Positions 1-9,537 of a stretch of DNA of 32,000 nt are shown piece after piece. The notes beneath the pieces are model-generated. The model saw only the letters and a program-made list of their open reading frames with translations, made no database searches and was not told the origin of the DNA. Every line of letters begins with the position of its first letter. Position 1 is the stretch's first letter. The stretch lies in contig NC_016803.1 of the NCBI RefSeq assembly GCF_000189295.2, positions 3,480,001 to 3,512,000 on the forward strand. The letters run 5' to 3'. Origin of the DNA: Pseudodesulfovibrio mercurii (GTDB lineage: Bacteria > Desulfobacterota > Desulfovibrionia > Desulfovibrionales > Desulfovibrionaceae). The translations under genes and the position numbers were made by a program.

Positions 1-1
1 C

Positions 2-835
2 GCGGACGTGCGGCGCGGGCTGCTGACCACGGGCATCGCCTCGGTCATCACCGGGCTGGGCGCCCTGGCCCTGTCCCTGGGCAACCCCTTTCATCTCTAC
101 ATGTTCATGGTCTCGCCGTCCTTCAGCTCCTGGACGACCATCGGCACCTTCCTGCTCCCGGTCTTTCTCGGCGTGTCCCTGCTGGCCCTGTACCTGGACA
201 GCGACGGCGACGGCCGCGCCCGGCCCGTGGCCGGACTGGCGGTTTTCCTGGCCCTGGGCGTGCTGACCTACGCCTCGCGCGAGATCGGCTACCTGCCGGG
301 CCGGGTCATGTGGCACGCCAAGGCGCTGCCTCTGGGCTTCGTCCTGGCCGGGCTGTCCGGCTCCGCCGGGCTGTCCGCGCTCCTCGGCGCGTTCAAGGGC
401 CGGTCCATGCCCACCTGGCTCACGGCGGTCATGATCGCGGCCTCCCTGCTCTGCGCCGGGGCGGGCTTCCTGCTGACCCCGCCCGAGGGCTACGTGCTGG
501 CCGCGCCCTCGGCCTGGACCGCGCTTTCCCTGATCGGCGCGGTCGCGGCCGTGCTCGGCCTGATCGCCCTCAAGGCCCGGGGCCTGACCGCCCTGGCCGG
601 GCTGTTCGCCTACGGCGCGGGCCTGGGTTTCTACGTCCGGCTGATCTTCCTGGGCCAGTCCATTCCCCGCAAGTCCTTCACCGCCGTGGACGCGGGGGCC
701 GTGGCCCATCTGGTCTCGGCCAAGTCCCTGCTGATCCTGGCGGTGAGCCTGGTCTTCCTGCTCGGCCTGGGCGCGGTCCTGGGCGGTCTTTTCAGCAACG
801 TCGCCCTGGCAAGGAGGGAGCACTCCCATGGATAA
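2..835 (+). CDS. NrfD/TtrC-type polytopic membrane anchor subunit of a molybdopterin oxidoreductase (5'-truncated by the window edge)
   Basis: The frame is open to the window edge, with no stop between nt 2 and the GTG at 8. The 275+ aa are almost entirely hydrophobic helices, with an NrfD/PsrC/DmsC-like loop LGNPFHLYMFMVSPSFSSWTTIG. The stop TAA (833-835) overlaps the ATG of the next gene at 828, which suggests translational coupling. Confidence 0.65.
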   Translation, partial: ADVRRGLLTTGIASVITGLGALALSLGNPFHLYMFMVSPSFSSWTTIGTFLLPVFLGVSLLALYLDSDGDGRARPVAGLAVFLALGVLTYASREIGYLPGRVMWHAKALPLGFVLAGLSGSAGLSALLGAFKGRSMPTWLTAVMIAASLLCAGAGFLLTPPEGYVLAAPSAWTALSLIGAVAAVLGLIALKARGLTALAGLFAYGAGLGFYVRLIFLGQSIPRKSFTAVDAGAVAHLVSAKSLLILAVSLVFLLGLGAVLGGLFSNVALARREHSHG

Positions 836-3800
836 GAACAGACGCGAACTGGTCAAGAACACCCTGGCCGTGGCCGGGCTGGGCATGCTCGGCGCGGGCG
901 CGCTCCTCAAGCCGGGCCGCGCCGAGGCCGCGCAGGCGGCCATGCCCGAGGACCCGGCCAGGGTCTCGCCCGAGTCCCTGGCCCCGGAATACGAACGCAC
1001 CCCGGAGGGCGTCCGGCTGGGCGAAGGGCAGCACATGGCCTTCAACCAGTGCTGGGGCTGCACCACCTTCTGCGGCGTGCGCCTGCACATCGACGACGCC
1101 ACGGACGACGTGGTCCGGGTGGCGGGCAACCCGTACAACCCCCTGTCCCATGAAAAGCACTTCCCCATGTCCATGCCCGTGGGCGAGGCCCTGGATCGCC
1201 TGTCCGCCGACAAGGACATGGGCCACGCCCAGCGGTCCGCGGTCTGCGGGCGCGGGGCGGCCATGTTCGAGACCGCGCACAGCCCCTTCCGCATCACCCG
1301 CTGCCTCAAGCGCGCAGGCAAGCGCGGCGAGAACAGGTGGACGCACATCTCCTTTGAACAACTGCTCGAAGAGGTCGTCGAGGGCGGCGACCTGTTCGGC
1401 GAGGGCCACGTGGACGGCCTGCGGGCCATCCGCGACCTGAAAACCCCGGCCAACCCCGGTCACCCGGAGTTCGGGCCGGTGAGCAACCAGCTGCTCCTGA
1501 CCTACGCCGTGGACGACGGGCGCAGCGACTTCTTCTTCCGCCGCTTCGGCATGAACGCCTTCGGGACCAAGAACTTCGGCAAGCACGGGGCGTACTGCGG
1601 CCTGTCCTTCCGCATCGGCTCGGGCATGTTCATGGACGACCTAACCAAGAACGCGCACATCAAGCCGGACTGGGCCAACTGCGAGTTCGCCCTGTTCTGG
1701 GGCACCGCGCCGTCCCAGGCGGGCAACCCGTTCAACCGCTCGGCCCGCATCCTGGCCTCGGCGCGCACCGACGGGGACCTGCACTATGCGGTCATCGACC
1801 CGGTCCTGCGCATGCCCGCCTCGGACGCGGCCCGCGAGCGCTCCCGCTGGGTGCCCATCAACCCCGGCATGGACTCGGCCCTGGCCATGGGCATGATCCG
1901 CTGGATCATCGAGAACGAGCGCTATGATCGGAACTTCCTGGTCCGGCCGAACACGGCCGCCGCCGAAAAGGCGGGCGAGATCAGCATCTGCAACGCCACC
2001 TATCTGGTCGTCCGTTCGGGCGGGAGCCGGGGCAAATTCCTGCGCGCGGCCCAACTCGGACTGGGGAGCGACGAGGCCTTCGTGGTCGTGGACGCGGCCA
2101 CGGACAAGCCCGTCTCCTTCGACGCCTGCGACGAGGGCGTCCTGGACTTCGCGGGCGAGCTGACCCTGGCCTCGGGCGAGATCGTGCGGGTGGCCACCGC
2201 CTTCCGGCTGCTCAAGGAGCAGGCCATGGCCCACGGGCTGGACGAGATGTCCGCCCGCTGCGGCGTGCCCGTGGAGCGGATCGTCGAGCTGGCCCGCGAG
2301 TTCACCGCCCACGGCAAAAAGGCGGCCGTGGACGTGCACGGGGGCATGATGTCCACCTCGGGCGCCAACGCCACCTTCACTGTCCTGACCCTGAACACGC
2401 TCATCGGCAACATCAACGCCAAGGGCGGCATCTCGGCCACGGCGGGCAACTACCATGGCCCGGCCATGAACGGCCCCCGGTACGACCTGAACAAGTTCCC
2501 CGGCCAGATCCAGGCCAAGGGGTTCCCGGCCATCCGCTGCCGCGCACCGTACCAAAAGTCCACGGAATTCAAGGAAAAGAAGGCGGCGGGACAGAACCCG
2601 TACCCGGCGCGGTACCCCTGGTACCCGTTCACCCCGCCGAACATGCCCGCCGAGCATCTGCTTTCCCACGTGAACGGCCACCCGTTCCGCTACAAGTGCT
2701 GGATCAACTGGACCGGCAACGTCATTTACGGCCACGGCGGCCTGCACCGGGCCGTGGACGAGGCCCTGAAGGACCCCGCGAGCCTGCCGCTGATCATCGG
2801 CATCGACACCTTCCACAACGAGACCAACGCCTATGCCGACTACCTGGTGCCCGACCCGTGCATGTTCGAGGGCTGGGGCGGGTTCTCCGGGGCGTGGTCC
2901 GGGGTGCTGACCAAGATGTCCACGGCACGCTGGCCCGCCGTCGCGCCCAAGCAGGAGAAGACCTCGGACGGGCGTCCGGTGTGCATGGAGCAGTTCCTCA
3001 TCGAGGCGGCCAAACGCATGGGGTTGCCGGGGTTCGGCGACCAGGCCATCCCGGCGGCGGACGGCACGGCGGCCCCGCTGCACGGGCCCGAGGACTACTA
3101 CCTGCGCCTGGCGGCCAACATCGCCTTCTTCAAGGACCAGGTCCTGCCCGCCCCGAGCGAGGAGGACATCGCCTTGTCCGGCATCGGCCGTATCCTGCCC
3201 GACATCGAGCGGACCCTGCGCGAGGACGAGCGCGGTCCGGTGGCCGCCGTGTACAGCCGGGGAGGGCGGTTCGCCCCCTACGGCAAGAGCTACGACGGCG
3301 AGTGGCTCGGCGGGCGGTGGAAGAAGACCCTCCAGATCTACAACGAGCAGGTGGGCACCGCCATCAATTCCCAGACCGGGGAGCCGTACCTGGGCGTGGC
3401 CACCTTCATGCCGCCCAAACTGACTGACGGCAGCGAACTGCGCGCGGTCTGGACCGAGGCGGACTACCCCCTGGTCATGACCTCGTTCAAGTCCAACCTG
3501 ATCAACTCCTACGCCGTGGTCCTGGACCGGCTGCGGGCCATCAAGCCCCTGAACATGGTCATGGTCAACGACCGCGACGCGGCCCGGTTCGGCCTGGCCC
3601 ATGGCGACGAGGTGGAGATCACGAGTCCCGCCGCCTCGGCCCGGGCCACGGTGGTGGTCGGCGACGTGGTCGCCCCCGGCGTGGTCGCGGTGGAGCACGG
3701 CTTCGGCCACCGCTCCCTGGGCGCGGCCGACGTCATTGTGGACGGTCATGTCATCAAGGCCAACCCCGGCGCGGCCAACGGCTTCAGCCTCAACGACCTG

Positions 3801-3905
3801 GTCCCCAACGACCCCACCCGCCGGGGCGTCTCCACCCTCCAGGAACATGAAACCGGCGCGGCCGCCCGCCAGGGCATCCCGGTGCGCATCAAGAAAATCG
3901 GCTGA
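828..3905 (+). CDS. ttrA: Tat-exported molybdopterin (MopB-family) oxidoreductase catalytic subunit, tetrathionate reductase TtrA-like
   Basis: The 1025-aa ORF has a twin-arginine signal (MDKNRRELVKNTLAVAGLGMLGAGALLKPGRAEA). It carries an N-terminal 4Fe-4S motif CWGCTTFCGV followed by a downstream Cys (SAVCGRG). Its size (about 1020 aa) and the membrane-subunit-then-catalytic-subunit order fit ttrC-ttrA. Substrate specificity is inferred, not shown. Confidence 0.6.
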   Translation: MDKNRRELVKNTLAVAGLGMLGAGALLKPGRAEAAQAAMPEDPARVSPESLAPEYERTPEGVRLGEGQHMAFNQCWGCTTFCGVRLHIDDATDDVVRVAGNPYNPLSHEKHFPMSMPVGEALDRLSADKDMGHAQRSAVCGRGAAMFETAHSPFRITRCLKRAGKRGENRWTHISFEQLLEEVVEGGDLFGEGHVDGLRAIRDLKTPANPGHPEFGPVSNQLLLTYAVDDGRSDFFFRRFGMNAFGTKNFGKHGAYCGLSFRIGSGMFMDDLTKNAHIKPDWANCEFALFWGTAPSQAGNPFNRSARILASARTDGDLHYAVIDPVLRMPASDAARERSRWVPINPGMDSALAMGMIRWIIENERYDRNFLVRPNTAAAEKAGEISICNATYLVVRSGGSRGKFLRAAQLGLGSDEAFVVVDAATDKPVSFDACDEGVLDFAGELTLASGEIVRVATAFRLLKEQAMAHGLDEMSARCGVPVERIVELAREFTAHGKKAAVDVHGGMMSTSGANATFTVLTLNTLIGNINAKGGISATAGNYHGPAMNGPRYDLNKFPGQIQAKGFPAIRCRAPYQKSTEFKEKKAAGQNPYPARYPWYPFTPPNMPAEHLLSHVNGHPFRYKCWINWTGNVIYGHGGLHRAVDEALKDPASLPLIIGIDTFHNETNAYADYLVPDPCMFEGWGGFSGAWSGVLTKMSTARWPAVAPKQEKTSDGRPVCMEQFLIEAAKRMGLPGFGDQAIPAADGTAAPLHGPEDYYLRLAANIAFFKDQVLPAPSEEDIALSGIGRILPDIERTLREDERGPVAAVYSRGGRFAPYGKSYDGEWLGGRWKKTLQIYNEQVGTAINSQTGEPYLGVATFMPPKLTDGSELRAVWTEADYPLVMTSFKSNLINSYAVVLDRLRAIKPLNMVMVNDRDAARFGLAHGDEVEITSPAASARATVVVGDVVAPGVVAVEHGFGHRSLGAADVIVDGHVIKANPGAANGFSLNDLVPNDPTRRGVSTLQEHETGAAARQGIPVRIKKIG

Positions 3906-3938
3906 CCTTTCCTCCTCATAACCAAACTCCCCTTACCC

Positions 3939-3977
3939 GAGGCCCCCGCGGAAACCCCCCGGTTTCCCGGGGGCCTC
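3939..3977 (+). terminator. Strong GC-rich stem-loop downstream of the oxidoreductase gene (possible terminator without a U-tract)
   Basis: The arms are GAGGCCCCCGCGGAAACC (3939-3956) and GGTTTCCCGGGGGCCTC (3961-3977), giving 17 bp with one bulged C and a CCCC loop. It lies 34 nt after the stop codon. No T-run follows, so intrinsic termination is uncertain. Confidence 0.4.
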
Positions 3978-4004
3978 ACCCTTGGCGGGGCGGGTCCGGA
4001 CGGC

Positions 4005-4034
4005 TTGAGCGGCACATGTCGTGAATTGTATATT
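4005..4034 (+). promoter_or_regulatory. Putative sigma70-type promoter of the cas operon
   Basis: TTGAGC (4005-4010), an 18-nt spacer, then TATATT (4029-4034). It sits in the only AT-rich patch between the hairpin and cas3, about 50 nt upstream of ATG 4085. This is a pattern match only. Confidence 0.25.
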
Positions 4035-4084
4035 TTGTTGCCGGTTCTTTTGTGCTATCCCATCCGCAAACAGGAGCACACGGC

Positions 4085-6250
4085 ATGGCCATCTATGCGC
4101 ATTCCAGGGAAAACTCGGACCCGGAAGAGTGGCAGCTGCTTGAGGAGCATCTGCGCAATGTGGCGGACAGGGGGGCGGATTTCGCCGCCGCCTTCGGCGC
4201 TGCGGATTGGGCGCGGGTCCTCGGGGCGTTCCACGACATAGGCAAGCGGAACCCCCGCTTTCAGCAGAGGCTGACCGGCGAAAACACCGGCCACGCCGAC
4301 CACAAGGGGGCCGGGGCGCGGCTGTTCGAAAATCTGGGCACCGGTTTCGGGCGCATGGCCGCCTACTGCATTGCCGGGCACCACGGAGGACTGCCGGACT
4401 TCCATGATTCCGGCCATGGAACCTCGCTGGGGCGGATCCTTGAACGGGCCTTCGTCCTGCCGGGCCGCGACGTCCCGGACGGCATCCGGCCGCCCGACTG
4501 GCCTTTCACGCCGGAAAGCGGCTTTCAGTGTTCCTTTTTCACACGCATGCTCTTCTCCTCCCTGGTGGACGCGGACTTTCTGGACACCGAGGCCTTCATG
4601 GACGCGGCGGAGAGCGGTCGTCGCGAGCCCGGTCCTGCGCTCGGCGAGCTGCGCGAACTCCTGGACAGGCACCTGGCCGCGTTCGCCGGGGAGGGGCGCA
4701 TCAATTCCCTGCGCGCGGAGATCCTGTCCCATTGCCGGGAAAAGGCGGCCCTCGACCCCGGCCTGTTCACCCTGACCGTGCCCACCGGAGGCGGCAAGAC
4801 CCTGACCTCCATGGCCTTCGCCCTGGATCACGCCCTGCGGCACGGCCTGCGCCGGGTGGTTTACGTCATCCCCTATACCTCCATCATTGAGCAGAACGCG
4901 CGTGTTTTCCGGGACATCTTCCCCGCAGGCGCGGTCATCGAGCACCATAGCAACTTCGACCCGCGCAACGCCTTCGGCGACGAGGACAACGCCCGCGAAT
5001 CCGCCGGAGCCCGCCGCCACCGGCTGGCCTGCGAGAACTGGGACGCCCCCGTGGTCGTGACCACCAACGTGCAGTTCTTCGAGTCGCTGTTCGCGGCCAA
5101 AACCTCTCGCTGCCGCAAACTGCACAACCTGGCCGGGTCGGTCATCGTCCTGGACGAGGCCCAGATGCTGCCCGTGGACTTCCTGGCCCCGTGCCTGCGG
5201 GCTCTTGAGGAGCTGGCCGCGCACTACGGGTGCAGCGTGGTCCTGTGCACGGCCACCCAGCCCGCCCTGCGCCGAGAGGATTTCGCGCCGGGCCTGGCCG
5301 GGCTCGACGGCCGGGAGCTGGCCCCGGACCCGGCCCGGCTGCATGAGGCCTTCCGGCGCACGGAGCTGCGCGACCTCGGCGAACTGGAGCTGTCCGAGGT
5401 GGCCGACATGGTGCGGGAGCGGGAGCAGGTCCTTTGCATCGTCAACACCCGCGCCCGCGCGTCCGAGTTGTTCAAGTTGGTCCGTGACGAGCCTGGGGCG
5501 CGCCACCTGAGCGCCCTCATGTGCCCGGCCCACCGCTCGGAGCGGCTGGCCGAGATCAGGGGGATGCTGCGCGCCGGGGAGCCGTGCCGGGTGGTCTCCA
5601 CCCAGCTTGTCGAAGCCGGGGTTGACGTCTCCTTTCCCGAGGTCGTCCGCGAGATGGCCGGGCTCGATTCCATCACCCAGGCCGCCGGGCGGTGCAATCG
5701 GGAGGGCGAGCGCGATGAAGCGGCCCCGGTGTCCGTGTTCTATCCGGCCGAAGGGCTGCCGCGTGCCTTTTCGGCCCAGGCGGAGCATGCGGCGGCCGTC
5801 CTGCGCGGGCCCCACGGCGGCGACCCGTTCTCGCCCGAGGCCATCCGGCAGTATTTCGGCCTGCACTACTGGCTCAAGCGGGAGCGCCTGGACCGGAAGC
5901 GGATTCTGGACGCCCTGAGCAACGAGCGGGGGGAGTGGTATTTCCGTCGGGCGGCGGACGAATTCCGGCTCATCGACAATCCCATGGTCCCGTTGGTCGT
6001 GCCCTGGGACGGCCGGGCGCGGGAGCTGGTGGAGGCGCTGCGGTACGCGGAACACCCCGGCGGCATCCTGCGCAAACTCCAGCAGTACACGGTCCAGGTC
6101 TACGAGCGCCAGTTCCGCGCCCTGGACGAGGCCGGGGCAGTGGAGACGGTCGCCGACGGGTGCGAGGCGCTCTGTCGGATGGAGTTCTACGACGATCTGT
6201 TCGGTCTGCGGGTGCCCGGTCCGACCGATCCGGAGTATTTTTTGGCATAG
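4085..6250 (+). CDS. cas3: Cas3 HD nuclease / SF2 helicase (type I)
   Basis: The ORF spans 4052-6250. The preferred start is ATG 4085, 8 nt after AGGAG (4072-4076). HD-domain motifs are present (HDIGK, HADHKG, GHHGG). They are fused to helicase motifs: Walker A PTGGGKT, the DExx box VLDEAQ, TATQP and QAAGRCNR. Confidence 0.95.
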   Translation: MAIYAHSRENSDPEEWQLLEEHLRNVADRGADFAAAFGAADWARVLGAFHDIGKRNPRFQQRLTGENTGHADHKGAGARLFENLGTGFGRMAAYCIAGHHGGLPDFHDSGHGTSLGRILERAFVLPGRDVPDGIRPPDWPFTPESGFQCSFFTRMLFSSLVDADFLDTEAFMDAAESGRREPGPALGELRELLDRHLAAFAGEGRINSLRAEILSHCREKAALDPGLFTLTVPTGGGKTLTSMAFALDHALRHGLRRVVYVIPYTSIIEQNARVFRDIFPAGAVIEHHSNFDPRNAFGDEDNARESAGARRHRLACENWDAPVVVTTNVQFFESLFAAKTSRCRKLHNLAGSVIVLDEAQMLPVDFLAPCLRALEELAAHYGCSVVLCTATQPALRREDFAPGLAGLDGRELAPDPARLHEAFRRTELRDLGELELSEVADMVREREQVLCIVNTRARASELFKLVRDEPGARHLSALMCPAHRSERLAEIRGMLRAGEPCRVVSTQLVEAGVDVSFPEVVREMAGLDSITQAAGRCNREGERDEAAPVSVFYPAEGLPRAFSAQAEHAAAVLRGPHGGDPFSPEAIRQYFGLHYWLKRERLDRKRILDALSNERGEWYFRRAADEFRLIDNPMVPLVVPWDGRARELVEALRYAEHPGGILRKLQQYTVQVYERQFRALDEAGAVETVADGCEALCRMEFYDDLFGLRVPGPTDPEYFLA

Positions 6251-6275
6251 GCACTACAACACGGAGGTGACGTTC

Positions 6276-6944
6276 GTGTCAGGAGTCAAACTCAGAGTCT
6301 GGGGAGAGTATGCCTGCTTCACCCGGCCGGAAATGAAGGTGGAGCGCGTCAGTTACGACGTGATGACCCCTTCGGCGGCGCGGGGGATTCTGGAAGCGGT
6401 GTACTGGAAGCCGTCCATCCGCTGGGTGGTGGACCGCATCCACGTCATGAAACCCATCCGGTTCGACAACGTGCGCCGCAACGAGGTGTCCGCCAAGGTG
6501 CCGGTCAAGGGCGCGTCGGGCGTGAACGCGGCCATGAAGGGCGGAGGCGAGCCGTTGCGCCTGTTCATCGAGGACAACCGCCAGCAGCGGGCCGCCCTGG
6601 TCCTGCGCGACGTGGAGTACGTCATTGAGGCGCACTTCGAATACACGTCCGCCGAGGACCGCAACGACGGCAAGCATCTGGACATGTTCAACCGCCGCGC
6701 GGGCAAGGGGCAGTGCTTCCAGCGGCCCTATCTCGGCTGTCGTGAGTTCGCCGCGTTTTTCGAGCCCGTGGAGGGCGACGTCCCGGCCTCGCCCCTGGCC
6801 GACGAGCCTCCGCGCGACCTGGGCTGGATGCTCTACGACCTTGATTACCGCAACGACATGGCCCCGCTGTTCTTCCGCCCGGCCCTGGAAGGCGGGGTGG
6901 TCGAGGTGGCCAGGGCGCTCGAACGCGAGGGGGTGGCCTCATGA
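6276..6944 (+). CDS. cas5: Cas5d (type I-C Cas5, pre-crRNA endoribonuclease)
   Basis: The hallmark N-terminus KLRVWGEYACFTRPEMKVERVSYDVMTPSAARGILEAVYWKP is present. GTG 6276 lies 8 nt after GGAGG (6263-6267). The ORF-track start GTG 6267 overlaps that SD, so 6276 is preferred, with about 9 nt of uncertainty. The stop overlaps the cas8c start (ATGA at 6941-6944). Confidence 0.92.
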   Translation: MSGVKLRVWGEYACFTRPEMKVERVSYDVMTPSAARGILEAVYWKPSIRWVVDRIHVMKPIRFDNVRRNEVSAKVPVKGASGVNAAMKGGGEPLRLFIEDNRQQRAALVLRDVEYVIEAHFEYTSAEDRNDGKHLDMFNRRAGKGQCFQRPYLGCREFAAFFEPVEGDVPASPLADEPPRDLGWMLYDLDYRNDMAPLFFRPALEGGVVEVARALEREGVAS

Positions 6945-8656
6945 TCCTCCAGGCCCTGAATCAATATTACGATCGGCTGCGGGCGGACCCCGAGGCGGAC
7001 GTACCCGAGTTCGGTTTCGGCCGCCAGGGGGTGCATTTCTGCCTGTCCCTGGACCGGTCGGGCAACCTGGCGGGCCGTCCCATGGACCTGCGCGACGAAA
7101 AGGGTCGCCCGGACCGCATCGAGGTGCCGGGGCCGGTGGTGCGCACGGTGGGCGTTGCTTCCAATTTTGCCTGGGACAATACCGGTTATGTCCTGGGGGA
7201 CGACGGGGGAGACAATCCCGAACGCACGGCGAGGACCCATGCGGCCTTCAAGAGCCTGGCCGACGAGGTGCTGGACGGCGTGGACGACGAGGGGGCGCGG
7301 GCCCTGCTGGCCTTCCTCGCCGACTGGGACCCGGCGCGGGCCCAGGAACTGCCCGGCTGGGAGGACATGGTCGGGCTCAACGTGGTCTTCATGCTCGACG
7401 GCGAGCCCGGTTTCCTGCACGACCGGCCCGCATTCCGCCAGGCTTGGCGTGAACATCTCGCGGCCAACGACGAGTTCGAAACGGGCCGTTGCCTGGTCAC
7501 CGGTGAAGTCGGGCCCATTCCGCCGACCCACGCCAAGATCAAGGGCGTGCCCGGAGCGCAGACCGCAGGGGCCTCGCTCATTTCCTTCAACATCGACGCG
7601 GCCGAGTCCTATGGCAAGAAGCAGAACCTCAACTCCCCGGTCTTGGAACGGGCGGCCTTCGGCTACGCCACGGCGCTCAACCACCTGCTCGCGCCGGACA
7701 GTCCGCGCAAGGTCCAGGTGGGCGAGACCACCGTGGTCTTCTGGAGCGATGCGCCGGGCGAGGCCGAACCGTTTTTCGGCCACGCCATGGGCGGCAAGCG
7801 GGCCGAGGACGACGGACTGACCGCCCGCCTGGAGGGGTATCTGTCGGCCGTGGCCCGCGGGAAATATCCGGAGGCGCTGGGCAGGGCGGAAACTCCGTTT
7901 TACGTGCTCGGCCTGTCGCCCAACGCGGCCCGGCTGTCCGTGCGCTTCTGGCATGTGGGCACCGTGGGAGAGATGGCGGAGAACGTCGGCGAGCACTACC
8001 GCACCCTGGCCCTGCAACGCCGCTTCGACAGCGAGCCCGAGCACCCGAGCCCGTGGCAGCTGCTCAAGGAGCTGGCGCCTCAGCGGGACGCGAAAAACAT
8101 GTCGCCGCTGCTCTTCGGCCAGCTCGTCCGATCCGTGGTCCAGGGGCTGCCCTATCCGCAGACCCTGCTGTCCGCCGCCATCGGCCGCATCCGGGCCGAC
8201 AAGGAGGTCAACTACCTGCGGGCGGCGATGATCAAGGCCTTTCTCGTTCGCAACAGAAAACAGGAGATTCCCATGACCCTCGATACCACCAACACGAACA
8301 TTGGCTACCGCCTGGGTCGGCTGTTCGCCATTGTCGAACGCATTCAGGAGGAGGCGGTCCCCGGCGCCAACGCCACGGTGAAGGATCGTTTCTTCGCCTC
8401 CGCGGCCGCCACCCCGGCCCGGATCTTTCCGATCATCGTCAAGAACGCTCAGCATGGGCTGGCCAAGATCCGCAAGGACAAGCCGGGCTGGGCGGTCAAT
8501 CTCGACAAGGCGATACAGGAGATCGTGGGCGGCATCGACGCCGCAACCGGCTTCCCGGCCTCCATGGCCTCGGAAAAGCAGGGCATGTTCATTCTTGGCT
8601 ACTATCAGCAGCGCCAGGATTTCTACACCAAAAAAGAAAAGAATACGGAGGACTAG
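6941..8656 (+). CDS. cas8c: Cas8c (Csd1), type I-C large subunit
   Basis: The protein is 571 aa with the Csd1-type N-terminus MILQALNQYYDRL. Its position between cas5 and cas7 in a cas3-5-8-7-4-1-2 operon is diagnostic of subtype I-C. Confidence 0.92.
   Translation: MILQALNQYYDRLRADPEADVPEFGFGRQGVHFCLSLDRSGNLAGRPMDLRDEKGRPDRIEVPGPVVRTVGVASNFAWDNTGYVLGDDGGDNPERTARTHAAFKSLADEVLDGVDDEGARALLAFLADWDPARAQELPGWEDMVGLNVVFMLDGEPGFLHDRPAFRQAWREHLAANDEFETGRCLVTGEVGPIPPTHAKIKGVPGAQTAGASLISFNIDAAESYGKKQNLNSPVLERAAFGYATALNHLLAPDSPRKVQVGETTVVFWSDAPGEAEPFFGHAMGGKRAEDDGLTARLEGYLSAVARGKYPEALGRAETPFYVLGLSPNAARLSVRFWHVGTVGEMAENVGEHYRTLALQRRFDSEPEHPSPWQLLKELAPQRDAKNMSPLLFGQLVRSVVQGLPYPQTLLSAAIGRIRADKEVNYLRAAMIKAFLVRNRKQEIPMTLDTTNTNIGYRLGRLFAIVERIQEEAVPGANATVKDRFFASAAATPARIFPIIVKNAQHGLAKIRKDKPGWAVNLDKAIQEIVGGIDAATGFPASMASEKQGMFILGYYQQRQDFYTKKEKNTED
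8273..8656 (+). CDS. cas11: Predicted Cas11c small subunit, made by internal in-frame translation initiation within cas8c
   Basis: An in-frame ATG at 8273 is preceded by AGGAG (8262-8266) with a 6-nt spacer. It would give a 127-aa C-terminal product (MTLDTTNTNIGYRLGRLFAIVERIQEE...). Type I-C operons have no separate cas11 gene, and internal initiation in cas8c has been reported for I-C systems. Confidence 0.5.
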   Translation: MTLDTTNTNIGYRLGRLFAIVERIQEEAVPGANATVKDRFFASAAATPARIFPIIVKNAQHGLAKIRKDKPGWAVNLDKAIQEIVGGIDAATGFPASMASEKQGMFILGYYQQRQDFYTKKEKNTED

Positions 8657-8659
8657 ACC

Positions 8660-9535
8660 ATGACCGTCATCAATAACCGCTATGAATTCGTGTACCTGTT
8701 CGATGTGGAGAACGGCAACCCCAACGGCGACCCGGACGCGGGCAACACCCCGCGCATCGACCCCGAGACCGGGTTTGGCCTGGTCACTGACGTCTGCCTC
8801 AAGCGCAAGATCCGCAACTACGTGGACGTGGTCAAGCAGGGGGCCGAGGGGTACAACATCTACGTGGCCGAGAAGGGCGTGCTTTCCCAGACTCGCGAAC
8901 CCGCCTACAAGACCGAGGAGGTCCAGAAGCTCAAAAAGAAGGATGAGCAGATCGCGGCCGCGCGCAACTGGATGTGCGCCAACTTCTTCGACGTGCGCAC
9001 CTTCGGCGCGGTCATGTCCACCAAGGAGAACAATTGCGGCCAGGTGCGCGGGCCGGTGCAACTGACCTTCGCCAAGAGCATCGAGCCCATCGTCCCGGCC
9101 GAGGTGTCCATCACCCGTATGGCCGTGGAGACCAGCAAGGAGGCCGAGGCCCAGGAAGGCGACAACCGGACCATGGGCCGCAAGCACATCGTGCCCTACG
9201 GTCTGTACCGCGCCGAGGGGTTTGTCTCGGCCAACCTGGCCCAGGGCGACAAGGGGACCGGCTTCTCGGATGCCGACCTGGAACTGTTGTGGCAGGCCCT
9301 GGGAGGCATGTTCGATCACGACCACTCGGCGGCCCGGGGCAAGATGAGCCCGCGCGGCCTGATCGTCTTCAAGCACCAGGATGCCCTGGGCAACGCCCCG
9401 GCCCACAAGCTGTTCGAGGCCGTGACCGTGACTCGCAGGGAAGGCGACGGCCCGGCCCGTTCCTTCACCGATTACGCGGTCGCCGTGGACAAGGGGGCCA
9501 TTCCCGACACGGTCGCCGTGGACGTGAAGTTCTAG
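8660..9535 (+). CDS. cas7: Cas7c (Csd2), Cascade backbone subunit
   Basis: The hallmark sequence [47 protein letters not shown] is present. GGAGG (8647-8651) lies 8 nt upstream of ATG 8660. The protein is 291 aa. Confidence 0.95.
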   Translation: MTVINNRYEFVYLFDVENGNPNGDPDAGNTPRIDPETGFGLVTDVCLKRKIRNYVDVVKQGAEGYNIYVAEKGVLSQTREPAYKTEEVQKLKKKDEQIAAARNWMCANFFDVRTFGAVMSTKENNCGQVRGPVQLTFAKSIEPIVPAEVSITRMAVETSKEAEAQEGDNRTMGRKHIVPYGLYRAEGFVSANLAQGDKGTGFSDADLELLWQALGGMFDHDHSAARGKMSPRGLIVFKHQDALGNAPAHKLFEAVTVTRREGDGPARSFTDYAVAVDKGAIPDTVAVDVKF

Positions 9536-9537
9536 CC

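Noticed and set aside
1641-3848. A 735-aa minus-strand ORF antisense to the molybdopterin oxidoreductase. The 376-aa (310-1440) and 264-aa (792-1586) ORFs are of the same kind.
   Set aside because: These are Arg/Gly/Pro/Ala-rich low-complexity products with no motifs, fully overlapping a well-supported gene. They are typical stop-poor shadow frames in GC-rich DNA.
4055-6055. A 666-aa minus-strand ORF antisense to cas3.
   Set aside because: This is a shadow ORF of the same kind. cas3 on the plus strand has unambiguous HD and helicase motifs and an SD.
6845-9406. An 853-aa minus-strand ORF spanning cas8c and cas7 in antisense.
   Set aside because: It has no recognisable domains and overlaps two strongly supported cas genes. 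It is a GC-rich antisense artefact.
8974-9537. An upstream extension of the cas4 ORF (391 aa in the ORF track). The cas1 ORF has a similar extension (9594-10145).
   Set aside because: The extensions lie inside cas7 and cas4 in other frames and encode Arg/Gly/Pro junk. Conserved Cas4 and Cas1 N-termini begin at GTG 9538 and GTG 10146, each abutting the previous stop codon.
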